Both the position numbers and the translations under genes were made by a program. This document shows, in pieces, positions 28,705 to 39,271 of a stretch of DNA of 64,000 nt (position 1 is its first letter; the number at the start of each line of letters is the position of its first letter). The notes below the pieces were generated by a model. That model saw only the letters and a list, made by a program, of their open reading frames with translations, searched no databases and was not told the origin of the DNA. Origin of the DNA: Gemmatimonadota bacterium (GTDB lineage Bacteria > Gemmatimonadota > Gemmatimonadetes > Gemmatimonadales > GWC2-71-9). Location: positions 38,297 through 102,296 of the forward strand of contig QHUU01000067.1 of the NCBI GenBank assembly GCA_003222155.1, read 5' to 3'.

Positions 28705-30620
28705 CGCCCTCGTCGGAGCCTCGGGCCGCCCCGCGCGGCCGCTATCTGGCTACGCTCGCGCTCGCGGCGCTGGGCGTGGTCTACGGGGACATCGGCACGA
28801 GCCCCCTGTACGCGATTCGCTATTCGTTCTCCGGGACCCACGGCATACCCGTCACACCGGGCAACGTGCTCGGCGTACTCTCGCTCGTGTTCTGGTCCCT
28901 GCTGATCGTCGTGACGATCAAGTACCACATCGTGATCATCCGGGCCGACAACAAGGGCGAAGGGGGCGTGCTCGCCCTGATGGCACTCGTCAACGGCAGC
29001 CGCGTGGCGCGGGGGCTGTCGCCGCGACGCCTCATGATCGTCCTCGGCATCTTTGGGTCGGCGCTGCTGTACGCGGACGGCGGCCTGACGCCCGCGATCT
29101 CGGTGCTCAGCGCCGTGGAGGGGCTCGAGATTGCAACGCCGGCGCTGGCCTCCTGGGTGATCCCCGTGACGCTGGTGATCCTGATCAGCTTGTTCTTGGT
29201 GCAGCGTCGCGGGACCGCCCGCATCGGGGCCATGTTCGGGCCGGTGATGCTCGTCTGGTTCGCCGTCATCGGGGTGCTGGGATTGGGCGAGATCATCCGA
29301 CAGCCGGGGGTGCTCGCCGCCGTCTCACCGGTCTCGGGTGTGCGCTTTTTCGCCGAGGATCCTGGGCGCGGCTTGGTGGTGCTGGGCGCCGTCTTCCTGG
29401 TCGTCACGGGTGGCGAGGCGCTGTATGCCGATCTCGGACACTTCGGCCATCGCGCCATCCAGATGGCGTGGTTCAGTGTCGCGCTCCCCTGCCTGCTGCT
29501 CAACTACTTCGGGCAGGGGGCGCTCCTGTTAAGCGATGCCTCGGCGGCGGAGAACCCCTTCTATCATCTCGCGCCGGGCTGGGCGTTGTACCCGCTGATC
29601 GCGCTGGCGACCGCGGCGGCCATCATCGCGTCGCAGGCGGTGATCTCCGGCGCGTTCTCCCTCACCCGCCAGGCAGTGCAGCTCGGCTACAGCCCACGAC
29701 TCCAGATCGAGCACACCTCGTCGCGCGAGATCGGCCAGATCTACGTTCCCCTGGTGAACTGGGGGCTCATGCTCCTCACCTGTGTGCTGGTGCTCGGGTT
29801 CCACGTGGTCAACACCGCGCAGCCCACGTCCGACAACATCGCCGGCGCGTACGGCGTGGCACTCTCGACCCTGATGCTCATCACCACGCTGATGTTCTAC
29901 GTGATGAGCCGCGAGGTGTGGCGCTGGAGCTTCGTGCGGGCCGCAAGCGTGGCCGCCGTGTTCTTGTGGGTGGACATCCTGTTCTTCGCCGCGAACATGC
30001 TCAAGATTCGCAACGGCGGCTGGGTCCCCCTGGTGATCGCGGGGGCGATCTTCCTGCTCATGACGACCTGGAAAGGCGGCCGCGAGATTCTCGGCAAGCG
30101 CATGCAGGAGAAGACGGTCGCGCTCAAGATGCTGCTCGCCGATCTCGCCGCCGAGCCGCCGGTGCGCGTCCCGGGGACGGCAGTGTTCATGTACGGCACC
30201 ACCGACGGCACGCCGCCGGCGCTGGTGCATAACCTCGCCCACAACAAGGTGCTGCACGAGCGGATCGTGTTCCTGACCATGGTGACGGAGGACGTGCCTC
30301 ACGTCGCGGCCGCAGAGCGCGTCACGGTGAAGCCGCTGGGGAAGGGCTTCTACAGCGTGATCGCGCGCTACGGGTTCATGGACGATCCGGATATCGAGGA
30401 CGTGCTGGCGGCCTGCCAGGTGAAGTCGCTCGATATTCCGATCGCCGGCACGACGTTCTTTCTCGGTCGCGAGACGCTCGTCGCCTCCGACCGGCCCGGC
30501 ATGCCCCAGTGGCGCGAGCAGCTGTTCGCGTTCATGTCGCGCAACGCCCTGCGGGCCACCGCCTTCTTCAAGATCCCGGCGGACCAGGTGTTCGAAGTCG
30601 GAGCTCAAGTGGAACTCTGA
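28701..30620 (+). CDS. kup: Potassium transporter Kup
   Basis: GVVYGDIGTSPLY; GEGG; GEALYADLGHF. Confidence 0.95.
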   Translation: MTPSSEPRAAPRGRYLATLALAALGVVYGDIGTSPLYAIRYSFSGTHGIPVTPGNVLGVLSLVFWSLLIVVTIKYHIVIIRADNKGEGGVLALMALVNGSRVARGLSPRRLMIVLGIFGSALLYADGGLTPAISVLSAVEGLEIATPALASWVIPVTLVILISLFLVQRRGTARIGAMFGPVMLVWFAVIGVLGLGEIIRQPGVLAAVSPVSGVRFFAEDPGRGLVVLGAVFLVVTGGEALYADLGHFGHRAIQMAWFSVALPCLLLNYFGQGALLLSDASAAENPFYHLAPGWALYPLIALATAAAIIASQAVISGAFSLTRQAVQLGYSPRLQIEHTSSREIGQIYVPLVNWGLMLLTCVLVLGFHVVNTAQPTSDNIAGAYGVALSTLMLITTLMFYVMSREVWRWSFVRAASVAAVFLWVDILFFAANMLKIRNGGWVPLVIAGAIFLLMTTWKGGREILGKRMQEKTVALKMLLADLAAEPPVRVPGTAVFMYGTTDGTPPALVHNLAHNKVLHERIVFLTMVTEDVPHVAAAERVTVKPLGKGFYSVIARYGFMDDPDIEDVLAACQVKSLDIPIAGTTFFLGRETLVASDRPGMPQWREQLFAFMSRNALRATAFFKIPADQVFEVGAQVEL

Positions 30621-30623
30621 AGC

Positions 30624-30716
30624 AGGTTGGTGGGGGTTGTGGAGGTTGGTGGAGGATGGTGGAGGTCGTCACGTCAGCGGTACAACCTCCACAACCTCCA
30701 CAACCTTCCCCAACCT
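30624..30716. repeat. Inverted element with (GGAGGTTGGT)n arms, copy 2
   Basis: Same units and ACGTCAGCGG core (30671-30680) as 22286-22394. Confidence 0.8.
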
Positions 30717-32821
30717 TATTCTATCTGTCCAAACTTCGCGATGTCCTCCGGCAGCTCTTCCTGAGTCTTGGCGGCGTCCTTGCCCTGCACCATGATCCGG
30801 ATCTGCTCGACCACGTCCGGGTTGGCGAGCGTCGTCACGTCCCCGACGTCGCGGCGATTGGAGATGGCCGCGAGCACGCGGCGCATGATCTTGCCGGAGC
30901 GCGTCTTGGGCATGTCCGGCACGATATACACGTGCTTGGGCCGCGCGATCTTGCCGATCACCTCTTCGTTCGCCTTGATCACGCGGTCGATGACGGCCTG
31001 GCTCGGCGGGACGCCGGGCTTGAGCGCGACGTACACTTCGGGCACGCGTCCCTTGAGCTCGTCCTGGACCGGGACGACGGCGGCCTCGGCGATCTCGGGG
31101 ACCGTGAGACAGGCGGACTCGATCTCCTTCGTGCCGAGGCGGTGACCCGCGACGTTGATCACGTCGTCGATCCGGCCGAGGATGCGGTAGTAGCCGTCGG
31201 CCGCCTGCACGGCGCCGTCGCCGCACAGGAACGGCCAGTCGCGCCAGTCCTTGCTCTTGGGATTCTTGTTGTACTTGCCGAAATAGGTCTTGACGTAGCG
31301 GTCGCGGTCGCCCCAGATGGTTTGCATGACGCCCGGCCACGGGTTGCGGATGCACATGTTGCCCGCCTTGCCGGACCCCTTGGGAACCTCCGCGCCGGTC
31401 TCGTCGTAGATGACCGGATGAATCCCGGGCGCGGCGGGGCCGCAGCTGCCGGGCTTCATGGCATGAATCGCCGGCATGGTCGTGCCGAGAAAGCCGCCGG
31501 TCTCGGTCATCCACCACGTGTCGGTGATGACGGCTTCCCGCTTTCCCACCTCGTCGTAATACCAGCGCCACGCCTCCGGCTCGATCGGCTCACCCACCGT
31601 CGTCATCGACTTGAAATGGTACTTGTACTTGCGGGGCTCCTGGGGACCGAGCTTGCGCAGCATCCGGATCGCCGTCGGCGCGGTGTGGAAAATGTTCACT
31701 CCCAAGCGCTCGGCGATGCGCCAGGGGCGGCCCGCGTCGGGGAACGTGGGCACGCCCTCGTACAGCACGCTCGTGGCCGCGGTCGCCAGCGGGCCATACA
31801 CGATGTAGGAATGCCCGGTGATCCACCCGATGTCCGCCATGCACCAATAGATGTCGTCCGGATGAATGTCGAGGACCCACTTGGAGGTGGCGGTCACGTA
31901 GGACAGATAACCGGCGATGCCGTGCTGGGCGCCCTTGGGCTTGCCGGTGGTGCCGCTCGAGTACATCAGGAACAGGGGAGCTTCCCCGGGGAGGGCGACC
32001 GGGTCGACTTTCTTGCCTTTGTAATCCTTGAGCAGGTCGTTCACGAAGACATCGCGACCCGAAACCATCGGCGTCTTGGCGGAATATTTTCCGGGATAAC
32101 GCTGCCACACCAGAACCTTGTCGACGTCCTGCCCCAGCTCCTTCGCGGTCCGCACCGCGATGTCCGCGTTCACCTTGTGGTCGATCAGCGTGCCGTTGCG
32201 CCAGTAGCCGTCCATGGTGATCAGCACGCGGCTGCCCGAATCCTGAATGCGCGAGCCGCACGACTGGCCGCTGAATCCGCCGAACACCTGCGAGTGGATG
32301 ACGCCCAGTCGTGCGCACGCCAGCATCGTGATCGGCAGCTCCGGGAGCATGGGCATGTGCAGGGTGACGCGGTCTCCCGCTTTGAGTCCCACGCCGCGGA
32401 GCAGGGAGGCCACCTCGTTGACCCGGTCGTACAGCTCCCGGTACGTGATGGCCACATCCGGCTCCGTTTCCTGCTCGGGCACGAAGATGAATGCCGCCTT
32501 GCGCCCGTACTTCTCCAGGTGCCGGTCCACGCAGTTGTAGCACGCGTTGATCTTGCCGCCGACGAACCATTTCCAGAACGGCGCGTCGCTGGTGTCGAGC
32601 ACGGTGTGATAGGGCTCGAACCAGGTCAGCATGTCCGCATAGGTCTTGAAGCAGTCGGGGAAGCGGTCGAGGCCGAACTGCTCGAACACGCGCGGGTCCC
32701 GCATGTTCGCCTGTGCCTTGAACTTCTCCGAAGGTTGATAGTACTCCTCTTCCTTCCAGTGCACGGCGATCTGGGCTTCGCTGACCTCGGTTAGCTCCTT
32801 CACTTTGGGTGTGGCTGCCAT
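30716..32821 (-). CDS. acs: Acetyl-CoA synthetase
   Basis: YSSGTTGKPKG; GHSYIVYGPL; TWWMTETG; PKTRSGKIMRR. Confidence 0.95.
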   Translation of the reverse strand: MAATPKVKELTEVSEAQIAVHWKEEEYYQPSEKFKAQANMRDPRVFEQFGLDRFPDCFKTYADMLTWFEPYHTVLDTSDAPFWKWFVGGKINACYNCVDRHLEKYGRKAAFIFVPEQETEPDVAITYRELYDRVNEVASLLRGVGLKAGDRVTLHMPMLPELPITMLACARLGVIHSQVFGGFSGQSCGSRIQDSGSRVLITMDGYWRNGTLIDHKVNADIAVRTAKELGQDVDKVLVWQRYPGKYSAKTPMVSGRDVFVNDLLKDYKGKKVDPVALPGEAPLFLMYSSGTTGKPKGAQHGIAGYLSYVTATSKWVLDIHPDDIYWCMADIGWITGHSYIVYGPLATAATSVLYEGVPTFPDAGRPWRIAERLGVNIFHTAPTAIRMLRKLGPQEPRKYKYHFKSMTTVGEPIEPEAWRWYYDEVGKREAVITDTWWMTETGGFLGTTMPAIHAMKPGSCGPAAPGIHPVIYDETGAEVPKGSGKAGNMCIRNPWPGVMQTIWGDRDRYVKTYFGKYNKNPKSKDWRDWPFLCGDGAVQAADGYYRILGRIDDVINVAGHRLGTKEIESACLTVPEIAEAAVVPVQDELKGRVPEVYVALKPGVPPSQAVIDRVIKANEEVIGKIARPKHVYIVPDMPKTRSGKIMRRVLAAISNRRDVGDVTTLANPDVVEQIRIMVQGKDAAKTQEELPEDIAKFGQIE

Positions 32822-33026
32822 GTGCCGGTGCCTCCTGGGAATACGGGCGGCTGTGCTGCTCGTCCCACTGCGGTGGTGAGTGGGGTTAAGGTATGCCCCC
32901 GACGTGAATGACGGTCAAGACGGTCCTTGCAAACTGCGCGGCGGCATTCCGTCTGCGGTAGCACGGCGGGTGAGGCGTCTCACGCCGGCTTTGACAACCG
33001 GTTGACGGCCCGCAGGTTAGCTGTGT

Positions 33027-33042
33027 TGGCACTGGAGTCGCG
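33027..33042 (+). promoter_or_regulatory. Candidate sigma-54 (-24/-12) promoter
   Basis: TGGCACtggagTCGC with GG-N10-GC spacing, 48 nt before the STAS gene. Confidence 0.45.
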
Positions 33043-33089
33043 TACCCCACTGGGCGGCGATCTAACTGGAGCCGACTGTGGAGGAGACG

Positions 33090-33407
33090 ATGGCGATGTC
33101 GACGCACCCGAGCGAGAAGGTCTTGGCGGCTCCCGAGGAGCTGGGGCTCGACTCGCGCACGGCCTTCCGCCGGACGGCCACGGAGCTGCTGGAGCAACTC
33201 GGGGAGGGGACGGGGCGCCTGGTGATCGATCTCTCGGGCACCCACCAGATCGACAGCGCGGGGCTCGGGGCCTTGATGCTCATCCAGCGTAAGGCGGCGG
33301 AGCGCCGGCTGACGGTGTGCCTGCGCGGCGCCAACGAGGAGCTGCGGTTCCTGCTGGTGTTGACCAAACTCGACGACTTGTTCGAGCTGGAGAGCGGCGG
33401 CCGCTGA
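33090..33407 (+). CDS. STAS domain anti-anti-sigma factor
   Basis: LVIDLS...IDSAGLGAL; GGAGGAG RBS. Confidence 0.88.
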   Translation: MAMSTHPSEKVLAAPEELGLDSRTAFRRTATELLEQLGEGTGRLVIDLSGTHQIDSAGLGALMLIQRKAAERRLTVCLRGANEELRFLLVLTKLDDLFELESGGR

Positions 33408-33452
33408 GCAGCCCGTAGACGGCCGGGGGGGGTCGCATATATTGGCCCACCT

Positions 33453-33827
33453 ATGGCTTCCCCCCTCTCCGGCGCGCCGCGCCGGGTGTTGTTCGTCGAG
33501 GACGAGTCGGCGCTGCGCCGTACCTACCAGCGGTACTTCTCCACGCGCTATGACGTAGCGTTCGCCGCGAGCGGCAGCGAGGCCCGCCGCCAGCTGGAGG
33601 ACTTCCGGCCGGAGGTGCTGGTGCTCGACCTGCGGCTCCCCGATACCGACGGGGTGACGCTGTTGCAGGAGATCCGCCAGTCCCGGCCCTCCCTCCCCGT
33701 GATCGTGACGACGTCCTACGTCAGCATGGAGCCGCTCATCCACGTGCTCGACCTGGGGCATTCGGGCTACCTGGTCAAGCCGTTCGACATGGAAGATCTC
33801 GCCGCGCGCATCGATGCTCTCGGCTGA
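33453..33827 (+). CDS. Single-domain response regulator
   Basis: VEDE; LVLDLRLPD; YLVKPF. Confidence 0.9.
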   Translation: MASPLSGAPRRVLFVEDESALRRTYQRYFSTRYDVAFAASGSEARRQLEDFRPEVLVLDLRLPDTDGVTLLQEIRQSRPSLPVIVTTSYVSMEPLIHVLDLGHSGYLVKPFDMEDLAARIDALG

Positions 33828-34494
33828 GGGGCTACGGCACGCCTACGGGCGCGTGGTCGCGCTCGACGGTGTGTCGCTCACGCTCGCACCGGGACAGACG
33901 CTCGCAATCTTCGGGCCCAATGGCGCGGGCAAGACCACGCTCCTCAAGGTGCTTGCGGGGTTGATCCGGCCGCAGCAGGGCTGGGCCCGCGTCGCCGGCG
34001 GGCGGCGCGCCATCGGCTGGATCGGTCACCAGTCTCATCTGTACGGCCACCTGAGCGTGCGGGAGAATCTCTTGTTCTGGGCCGCGCTGTATGGGGTGGC
34101 ATCAGTCCAGCGTGGCGGGCGCGCCACAGCTATCCTCGAGCGTCTCGGCCTCTCGGACCGGGCCGGGCAACCCGTCCGCTCGCTGTCCCGCGGCCTGGCG
34201 CAGCGGGCGGCGATCGCCAAGGCGTTGGTGCACGACCCCCCCGTGCTGCTGCTCGACGAGCCGTTCACGGGGCTCGATCTCGCCGCGGCGGCCCAGCTGC
34301 GGACCCTGCTGGGCGAGCTGCGCGGTGCGGGGCGAGTGGTGGTGCTGGCGACGCACAACGTCGACGAGGGTGTCGAGCTCGCCACGGACGTGGCGTTTCA
34401 GCGGCAGGGGCGGTTCGTGCAGCTGGCGCCGCGGGGGGCACGCGGCGCCGCGGAGATCGCCGAGGCGTACCGGCGAGCCGTGACGGATGCGTGA
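33814..34494 (+). CDS. ccmA: Heme exporter ATPase CcmA
   Basis: GPNGAGKTT; LSRG; LLLDEP; precedes ccmB. Confidence 0.88.
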   Translation: MLSAEGLRHAYGRVVALDGVSLTLAPGQTLAIFGPNGAGKTTLLKVLAGLIRPQQGWARVAGGRRAIGWIGHQSHLYGHLSVRENLLFWAALYGVASVQRGGRATAILERLGLSDRAGQPVRSLSRGLAQRAAIAKALVHDPPVLLLDEPFTGLDLAAAAQLRTLLGELRGAGRVVVLATHNVDEGVELATDVAFQRQGRFVQLAPRGARGAAEIAEAYRRAVTDA

Positions 34495-35167
34495 GCTGCT
34501 CGAGCAGGCGTGGACGGTGGCGCGCAAGGACCTGGTGCTCGAGTTCCGGACGCGCACGGCCCTGCTCTCGGCTGTGGTGTTCACGGCTCTCGTCCTGACG
34601 GTGTTCAATTTCGGGCGCGATCCGACGGCCGTCGCGACGATCGATCTCGCGCCCAGCATTCTCTGGGTCACCTTCACGTTCGCCGCCATGCTCGCGCTCA
34701 ATCGGGCGTTTCAGCTCGAGCTCGAGAACGGGGCGCTCGAAGGGTTGCTGGTCTCCCCGCTCTCGCGTCACAGTCTCTATCTCGGCAAGCTGCTCGCCAA
34801 TCTCGGATTCGTCGGGGTAGTGGAGGCCGTCGGGCTGCCGCTGTTCGTGCTGTTCTTCGACGTGCCCGTCGGCCCGGTCTTGTTTCCGCTGATCGCGGTG
34901 ATCGCCCTCGCCACCGTGGGATTCGTCTCGGTGGGGACGTTGTTCAGCGCGATGGTGGTGCGGACGCGCTTTGCGGAGCTGATGCTGCCGGTGCTGCTCT
35001 TGCCGTTTCTGCTGCTGCCGCTGACCTACGCCGTGCAGGCCACGGCCCGCCTCCTGGGCGGCCGTCCCTTGAGCGAGGTCTCGGGCTGGCTTAAGTTGCT
35101 CGCCGCATACGACCTGGTGTTTGTCGCAGTCGCGTTGCTGCTGTTTCCGCACACGGTGGACGAATGA
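34487..35167 (+). CDS. ccmB: Heme exporter CcmB
   Basis: KDLVLEFR; ELENGALEGL; LPVLLLP. Confidence 0.9.
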   Translation: MRELLEQAWTVARKDLVLEFRTRTALLSAVVFTALVLTVFNFGRDPTAVATIDLAPSILWVTFTFAAMLALNRAFQLELENGALEGLLVSPLSRHSLYLGKLLANLGFVGVVEAVGLPLFVLFFDVPVGPVLFPLIAVIALATVGFVSVGTLFSAMVVRTRFAELMLPVLLLPFLLLPLTYAVQATARLLGGRPLSEVSGWLKLLAAYDLVFVAVALLLFPHTVDE

Positions 35168-35829
35168 GTCTCGCACAGAAGGGGCGCCGGGTCGTGCTGT
35201 CCGGCTTGCTGCTGCTGGGCGGCGTGTATGTGCGGGCCCTGGCGTTCACGCCGGTCGAGCGGTTCCAGGGCCCCGCGCAGAAGATCTTCTACCTGCACGT
35301 TCCCGCCGCCGTGACCACGGAGCTGGCGGTGATCCTGGTTGGTCTCGCGGGCGTGTTCTTCCTGTTTCTGAAGGACCCCCGGCTCGACCGGTTCGCGGAG
35401 GCCTCGGCGGAGGTCGGCACGGTGTTCGCCGGGATCGTCCTGACGACGGGCCCGATCTGGGGGAAGCCCATCTGGGGCACGTGGTGGACCTGGGATGCCC
35501 GGCTCACCAGTACGCTGTTCCTGTTCTTCCTCTTGATCAGCTATCACGTGCTGCGGGGCGCGGTGACCGACGCGGGGCTGCGCGCGCGGTACGGCGCGGT
35601 GCTCGGGATCTGTGCGGTCGTGCTGGTCGGATTCATTCACCTGAGCGTGTATCTCTTTCCGACGCTGCACCCGCAGCCCATCGTGCTGCGACCAGGCAAG
35701 CCCGGCCTGCCGCCGGAGATGCTGGTCACGCTGCTGATGTCGTTCGGTGTGTTCCTCGTGCTCTACGTGGGCTTCGTGATGCAGCGCTACGCCATCGCTC
35801 TGCAGCGTGACGCGTCGGCACATGTCTGA
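35164..35829 (+). CDS. ccmC: Heme exporter CcmC
   Basis: YLHVP; WGKPIWGTWWTWDARLT; TLHP. Confidence 0.92.
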   Translation: MSLAQKGRRVVLSGLLLLGGVYVRALAFTPVERFQGPAQKIFYLHVPAAVTTELAVILVGLAGVFFLFLKDPRLDRFAEASAEVGTVFAGIVLTTGPIWGKPIWGTWWTWDARLTSTLFLFFLLISYHVLRGAVTDAGLRARYGAVLGICAVVLVGFIHLSVYLFPTLHPQPIVLRPGKPGLPPEMLVTLLMSFGVFLVLYVGFVMQRYAIALQRDASAHV

Positions 35830-35932
35830 GGTGCCGCAGAACGCTGGGTACCTCGTTGCCGCCTACATCATGGTGCCGGTGATCCTGCTGGCGTACGCCG
35901 TGTCGCTGTACCGGCGCAGCGCCAGGCCCTAA
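35822..35932 (+). CDS. ccmD: Heme exporter small subunit CcmD (36 aa)
   Basis: Manual translation MSEVPQNAGYLVAAYIMVPVILLAYAVSLYRRSARP; YL.AAY TM helix directly after ccmC. Confidence 0.7.
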   Translation: MSEVPQNAGYLVAAYIMVPVILLAYAVSLYRRSARP

Positions 35933-36513
35933 GCGTCACGCTTGTCGACGAACAGCTCGGCGCGGGCGTTGGACAGGCGCTCGAGCCCGTCAGGGACCTG
36001 CGTCGCCCACAGGTGCAGGGCCTCGTCCGCGGCGCGCAGGTCCCCCGCCTGGAACAGCGCTCCGGCGTTGAGCCACAACGCTTCGGCGCCGCCGCCGGCC
36101 GCATAGGCCCGGGCGAACCGGGCGGCCGCGTCGGCGTGCCGGCCGGCTCGGGCGTACAAGTCGCCGGCCGCGAGGGCGGCATCGGGGCGCTCCTCGAGAG
36201 TGAGCACCTGCTCGTAGGCCACCAGGGCATCGTGCGCGCGGAACACCATCTGAAACGCCTCCCCCAGGAGCATCCAGGCGTCGGGGTTTTCGGGGAACCG
36301 CTCGGCGGCGTCCTGCGCGGCGGCGACCGCGCCCCACCGGTCCTCGATGGCGCGCCGCAGGCGCACTAGCGCCGGGAAGCACTCGGTGAACGCGGGACTC
36401 ACGGTACAGCCCAACCGCAGCCACCAGTCGGCGCGCTTGGGCGCGTCCCGCTGGCTGGCGGCGGCTCGCCGCACGGTGAACCGCACGAGCGCGGAGCGCA
36501 GGGCCCGGAGCAT
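35929..36513 (-). CDS. TPR protein
   Basis: PENPDAWMLLGEA TPR helices. Confidence 0.7.
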   Translation of the reverse strand: MLRALRSALVRFTVRRAAASQRDAPKRADWWLRLGCTVSPAFTECFPALVRLRRAIEDRWGAVAAAQDAAERFPENPDAWMLLGEAFQMVFRAHDALVAYEQVLTLEERPDAALAAGDLYARAGRHADAAARFARAYAAGGGAEALWLNAGALFQAGDLRAADEALHLWATQVPDGLERLSNARAELFVDKRDA

Positions 36514-36555
36514 TGCTTGATAATGGTTTTAGGTCCCGAGAGATTGCAACCACGC

Positions 36556-37380
36556 ATGGCACCAGAGCCCCGTCGCCACGCCCGTCACCCCCTTGCGGGA
36601 AGGCGTATCGTCGTGACGCGCGCGCGCGAGCAGGCGAGCGAGCTGGCGCGGGCGCTCGAGGCGCTCGGCGCCGAGGTGCTGCCCGTGCCGACCATCCGCA
36701 TCGTGCCGCTCGCCGACCTCACCGCGTTGCGCACTGCGCTCACCGACGCCGCTGCGTATGACTGGATCGTCTTCACCAGTCAGAACACCGTCCACGTCGT
36801 GTGCGATCGGCTGCCCGAGTGGGGGCTCGCCGCGCGCGACCTGGCGCGGATGGCCGTGGCCGCCATCGGCCCGGCGACGGCACAGGCGCTGGAGCGATAC
36901 GGCGTCACGCCGGATGTCGTGCCGCCCAAGTACGTCGCGGAAGCGGTCGTGGCCGCGGTGGTCGCGCGCGGCGCGGTACAGGGCAAGCGCTTCCTGGTGC
37001 CTCGGGCGCGCGAGGCCCGCGATGCCCTGCCCGAGGGGCTCCGGGCGCGCGGCGCGGTCGTCGACGTCATTCCGGTCTACGAGACCGTCCGGGCCGCGGG
37101 GGACGGGAGCGCGCTCGCGGCGCAGATTCTCGGCGGCACGATCGACGTCGTCACGCTCACGTCGTCTTCCACCGTGCGGGGCTTCGTCGATCTGGTGGGG
37201 CGAGCGGCCGCGACGTCGAGTCGGTTCGCCGCCGCGGTGATCGGTCCCGTCACGGCCGCGAGCGCCCGCGAGCTGGGACTCCCGGTAGCGATCGAGGCGG
37301 AGGACTATACCGTCGGGGGGCTCGTGGCGGCCCTGGTCCGCTACTACGGGGAAGGGAAAGGGGGGAAGGGGGAAGGGTGA
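36556..37380 (+). CDS. hemD: Uroporphyrinogen-III synthase
   Basis: IVVTRAREQA; WIVFTSQN; AIGPATA; TSSST. Confidence 0.9.
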   Translation: MAPEPRRHARHPLAGRRIVVTRAREQASELARALEALGAEVLPVPTIRIVPLADLTALRTALTDAAAYDWIVFTSQNTVHVVCDRLPEWGLAARDLARMAVAAIGPATAQALERYGVTPDVVPPKYVAEAVVAAVVARGAVQGKRFLVPRAREARDALPEGLRARGAVVDVIPVYETVRAAGDGSALAAQILGGTIDVVTLTSSSTVRGFVDLVGRAAATSSRFAAAVIGPVTAASARELGLPVAIEAEDYTVGGLVAALVRYYGEGKGGKGEG

Positions 37381-38303
37381 GCGGCGCGCTGAAGCTCGGG
37401 ACTCGGGGGAGCAGGCTCGCCCTGTGGCAGGCCCAGTGGGTGCAGGCGGCCCTCGCCCGCCACGGCGTGCAAATCGAGCTCGTGGTCATCAAAACGCGGG
37501 GCGATGCGGAAGTCGACCGCCCGCTGCACGAGCTGGAAGGGAAGGGGTTCTTCACCAAGGAAGTCGAGGATGCGCTGCTCGCCGGGCATATCGACGCGGC
37601 GGTGCACTCGCTGAAAGACCTGCCGACGCGGCTCCCCGACGGTCTCGCGCTCGCGGCCGTACCCGCGCGCGCGGACCCGACGGAGGCGCTCGTGACCCGC
37701 GAGGCGGGCGTGGCGTCGATCGCCGGTCTGCCGGACGGTGCGAAGATCGGCACGTCGAGCCTGCGACGCGTGGCACAAGTGCGCTACCTCCGACCTGACC
37801 TCGAGATCGTCGCGCTACGCGGCAACGTGCCGACCCGCGTCCAGAAGGTGACGGAGGGCCGCGACGGGCTCGCTGCGGCGCTGCTCGCGGCGGCGGGGCT
37901 CGAGCGGCTCGAGCTGACCGGTCGGATCGCCGCGCGCGTCGATCCCCTGGTCGTGATGCCCGCACCCGGGCAGGGCGCCCTGGGTCTCGAGGTGCGGAGC
38001 GACGACCGTCGGACGCGGGTCGCGCTCGCGCCGCTCGAAGACGGGGAGAGCGCGCGCCACGTCGCCGCCGAGCGCAGCCTGCTCGCGACGCTGGAAGGCG
38101 GGTGCCAGGCTCCGGTCGCGGCGTACGTAGGGACTCGGGACTCGGGACTCGGGACCCGGTTGTTCGGGAGGGTCACGGCCCTCGATGGCTCCGTCCAGAT
38201 CACGGCTTCGGTCGAGATCGACGCCGGCGATCCCTCTGCCGCGGGCGTCGCGGTCGCGGGCTTGCTCCAGGGGCAGGGTGCGTCGAGATTGCTCGCGCGA
38301 TGA
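37377..38303 (+). CDS. hemC: Porphobilinogen deaminase
   Basis: [33 protein letters not shown]. Confidence 0.95.
   Translation: MSGALKLGTRGSRLALWQAQWVQAALARHGVQIELVVIKTRGDAEVDRPLHELEGKGFFTKEVEDALLAGHIDAAVHSLKDLPTRLPDGLALAAVPARADPTEALVTREAGVASIAGLPDGAKIGTSSLRRVAQVRYLRPDLEIVALRGNVPTRVQKVTEGRDGLAAALLAAAGLERLELTGRIAARVDPLVVMPAPGQGALGLEVRSDDRRTRVALAPLEDGESARHVAAERSLLATLEGGCQAPVAAYVGTRDSGLGTRLFGRVTALDGSVQITASVEIDAGDPSAAGVAVAGLLQGQGASRLLAR
38130..38157 (+). repeat. Heptamer tandem repeat inside hemC
   Basis: (GGGACTC)x3 + GGGACCC. Confidence 0.8.
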
Positions 38304-39271
38304 GCCAGTTCCCGATCCGCCGGATGCGGCGGCTGCGTCGCACGCCCGCGCTGCGCCGGCTCGTGCAGGAGACGCACCTCGTCCCCTCGCAGCTCGTGTG
38401 GCCCCTGTTCGCGTGCCACGGCAGCGGCGTGCGGCGCGAGGTGGCCCTCCTCCCGGGCGTGTACCAAACGTCCGTGGACGAGCTGGTCAAGGACGCGGAG
38501 CGGGCGCACCGGCTCGGCCTCGGCGGGATCATTCTCTTCGGCCTGCCGGCGGCGAAGGACGCCACCGGGTCCGAGGCATACGACGAGCAGGGCATCGTCC
38601 AGCAGGCGGCGCGCGCCGTGAAGCGGGCGGTCCCGGACCTGCTCGTGATCGGGGACGTGTGCCTCTGCGAGTACACCGACCACGGACACTGTGGCGTGAT
38701 TCAGGACGGCGACGTGGACAACGACGCGTCGGTGTATCTGCTCGGTAAGGTCGCGGTGACCCAGGCGCGCGCGGGGATCGACGTGGTGGCGCCGAGCGAC
38801 ATGATGGACGGCCGGGTGGCGGGGATCCGCAAGGCGCTCGACGCGGCCAAGCTGTCGCATGTCCCGATCATGTCGTACGCGGCGAAAACGGCGTCGGCGT
38901 TCTACGGCCCGTTCCGCGAAGCCGCCGGGTCCACGCCGCAGTTCGGCGACCGCCAGTCGTACCAGATGCCGGGCGGCAACGCCGACGAAGCGATGAAGGA
39001 GATCCGGCTCGACGTCGAGGAAGGCGCGGACATCATACTGGTGAAGCCCGCGCTGCCCTGCCTGGACCTGGTGCGCCGGGCCAAGCAGGAGTTCGGCTCC
39101 CCGCTCGCGGCGTATCAGGTGAGCGGGGAGTACGCGATGATCAAGGCCGCAGCCGCGCGCGGCATGCTGGACGAGACGCGCGCCATGTGGGAGACGCTGT
39201 ACGCCATCCGGCGCGCGGGCGCCGACATCATCCTCAGCTACTTCGCGCCGACCGTCGCCGAATTGCTCTAG
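38300..39271 (+). CDS. hemB: Porphobilinogen synthase
   Basis: [35 protein letters not shown]. Confidence 0.95.
   Translation: MSQFPIRRMRRLRRTPALRRLVQETHLVPSQLVWPLFACHGSGVRREVALLPGVYQTSVDELVKDAERAHRLGLGGIILFGLPAAKDATGSEAYDEQGIVQQAARAVKRAVPDLLVIGDVCLCEYTDHGHCGVIQDGDVDNDASVYLLGKVAVTQARAGIDVVAPSDMMDGRVAGIRKALDAAKLSHVPIMSYAAKTASAFYGPFREAAGSTPQFGDRQSYQMPGGNADEAMKEIRLDVEEGADIILVKPALPCLDLVRRAKQEFGSPLAAYQVSGEYAMIKAAAARGMLDETRAMWETLYAIRRAGADIILSYFAPTVAELL

Noticed and set aside
36556..39271. hemD-hemC-hemB order without hemA/hemL
   Set aside because: Ordinary variation in gene order
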